35,334 nucleotides of DNA from a virus (taxonomy: Duplodnaviria; Heunggongvirae; Uroviricota; Caudoviricetes): IMG/VR virus record IMGVR_UViG_2713896776_000008; one strand, 5' to 3'. Below, piece after piece: positions 34,753 through 35,334 of the stretch. Under the pieces are notes generated by a model. The model had not been told where the DNA came from. It searched no databases and saw only the letters and a list, made by a program, of their open reading frames with translations. Position 1 is the stretch's first letter, and every line of letters begins with the position of its first letter. A program made the position numbers and the translations under genes.

Positions 34753-35334
34753 ATGGCCGTTATTGGTTATATCCGCGTATCAACAATCGACCAGAACAGC
34801 GATTTGCAGCGTAATGCACTCACAAGCGCAAACTGTGACCGCATTTTTGAAGACCGTATGAGTGGAAAAGTTGCCAGTCGCCCTGGTCTTAAAGGCGCTT
34901 TAAAGTGCATTAATAGCGGAGACACCCTGGTAGTGTGGAAACTGGACAGGCTGGGACGTAGCGTTAAGAACCTGATTGCACTCATATCAGAGTTACATGA
35001 ACGTGGTGCCCACTTCCGCTCTTTAACAGACAGTATTGATACCAGCACTGCCATGGGGCGCTTCTTTTTCCATGTAATGTCGGCATTGGCGGAGATGGAG
35101 CGCGAGCTAATTGTCGAACGGACACTGGCCGGGCTGGCAGCAGCCAGAGCACAGGGACGCGTAGGTGGAAGGCCCAACGCATTAAAAACCCATGAGCGAG
35201 AGCAGATTGGGCGGCTATTGACGAAGGGGCACACCCGCCAGCAGCTGGCAATTATCTACGGTGTAGGGTTATCGACGCTTTACCGATACTTTCCGGTGGA
35301 TGGTCATAGGAAGGATAACGCAGCAGGAATGTAA
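34753..35334 (+). CDS. gin: Gin/Hin/Pin-family serine DNA invertase
   Basis: N-terminal resolvase catalytic region GYIRVSTIDQNSDLQRNAL with active-site Ser, DRLGRS motif, C-terminal HTH; AGGAGG RBS; adjacent to invertible segment. Confidence 0.9.
   Translation: MAVIGYIRVSTIDQNSDLQRNALTSANCDRIFEDRMSGKVASRPGLKGALKCINSGDTLVVWKLDRLGRSVKNLIALISELHERGAHFRSLTDSIDTSTAMGRFFFHVMSALAEMERELIVERTLAGLAAARAQGRVGGRPNALKTHEREQIGRLLTKGHTRQQLAIIYGVGLSTLYRYFPVDGHRKDNAAGM

Larger units (their letters stand above)
1..35334. mobile_element. Mu-like transposable prophage (partial; both ends outside window), divergent early (minus) and late (plus) modules
   Basis: Co-occurrence of DDE transposase A plus AAA+ B, Mor, GemA, Mu-type head genes (gp27/28/29/F/G/I/T-like), contractile-tail module and Gin-flanked invertible tail-fibre segment; tight gene packing with overlapping stop/start codons. 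Confidence 0.8.

Noticed and set aside
1-35334. Two separate prophages in opposite orientation (early region from one, late region from another)
   Set aside because: Each region lacks what the other has: no second transposase/repressor set on the late side and no second lysis/structural set on the early side. One divergently organised genome is the simpler reading, though absent ends mean this is not proven.
1-35334. CRISPR arrays, tRNA or rRNA genes, integron or IS elements
   Set aside because: No regularly spaced direct repeats, no cloverleaf-like conserved tRNA segments and no IS-type terminal inverted repeats were noticed; coding density leaves little room. Eye scan only, so short elements could be missed.

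Overview
The whole 35.3 kb window is one Mu-like transposable prophage (enterobacterial-like composition); neither phage end lies inside the window. Everything below was read by eye from the sequence and the supplied ORF track; no database search was run, so family names are recollections of signature motifs, not hits. Layout: (i) 1-8135, minus strand, early/transposition operon: Ner-like binder, winged-HTH protein, DUF3102-like protein, DDE transposase A, AAA+ transposition protein B, a run of small accessory genes (DUF3164-like, Zn-ribbon-MazG-like fusion, DUF2786-like, two small proteins), GemA-like, Mor-family activator and a short DUF3486-like paralogue. (ii) 8236-10673, immunity and cargo: XRE-type repressor divergent from the early operon, an AT-rich inner-membrane-type lipoprotein, a convergent 85-aa ORF and a Dam-like methyltransferase. 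(iii) 10922-35334, plus strand, late genes: lysis cassette with Rz1 embedded in Rz, terminase, portal, head genes, sheath, tube, frameshifted chaperone, tape measure, baseplate, tail fibre, then an invertible tail-fibre segment flanked by gix-like inverted repeats and a Gin-family invertase. Best candidates for something undescribed: the lipoprotein/85-aa/Dam cargo block next to the repressor, the Zn-ribbon-MazG-like fusion and neighbouring small early genes, and a two-gene insertion between tail tube and chaperone. I also see a bipartite motif (TTTAAWATC-N20-ATRCTGYCY) in three copies upstream of late operons, one placing the predicted transcript start on the ATG of an SD-less baseplate gene. 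No CRISPR array, tRNA or rRNA was seen.
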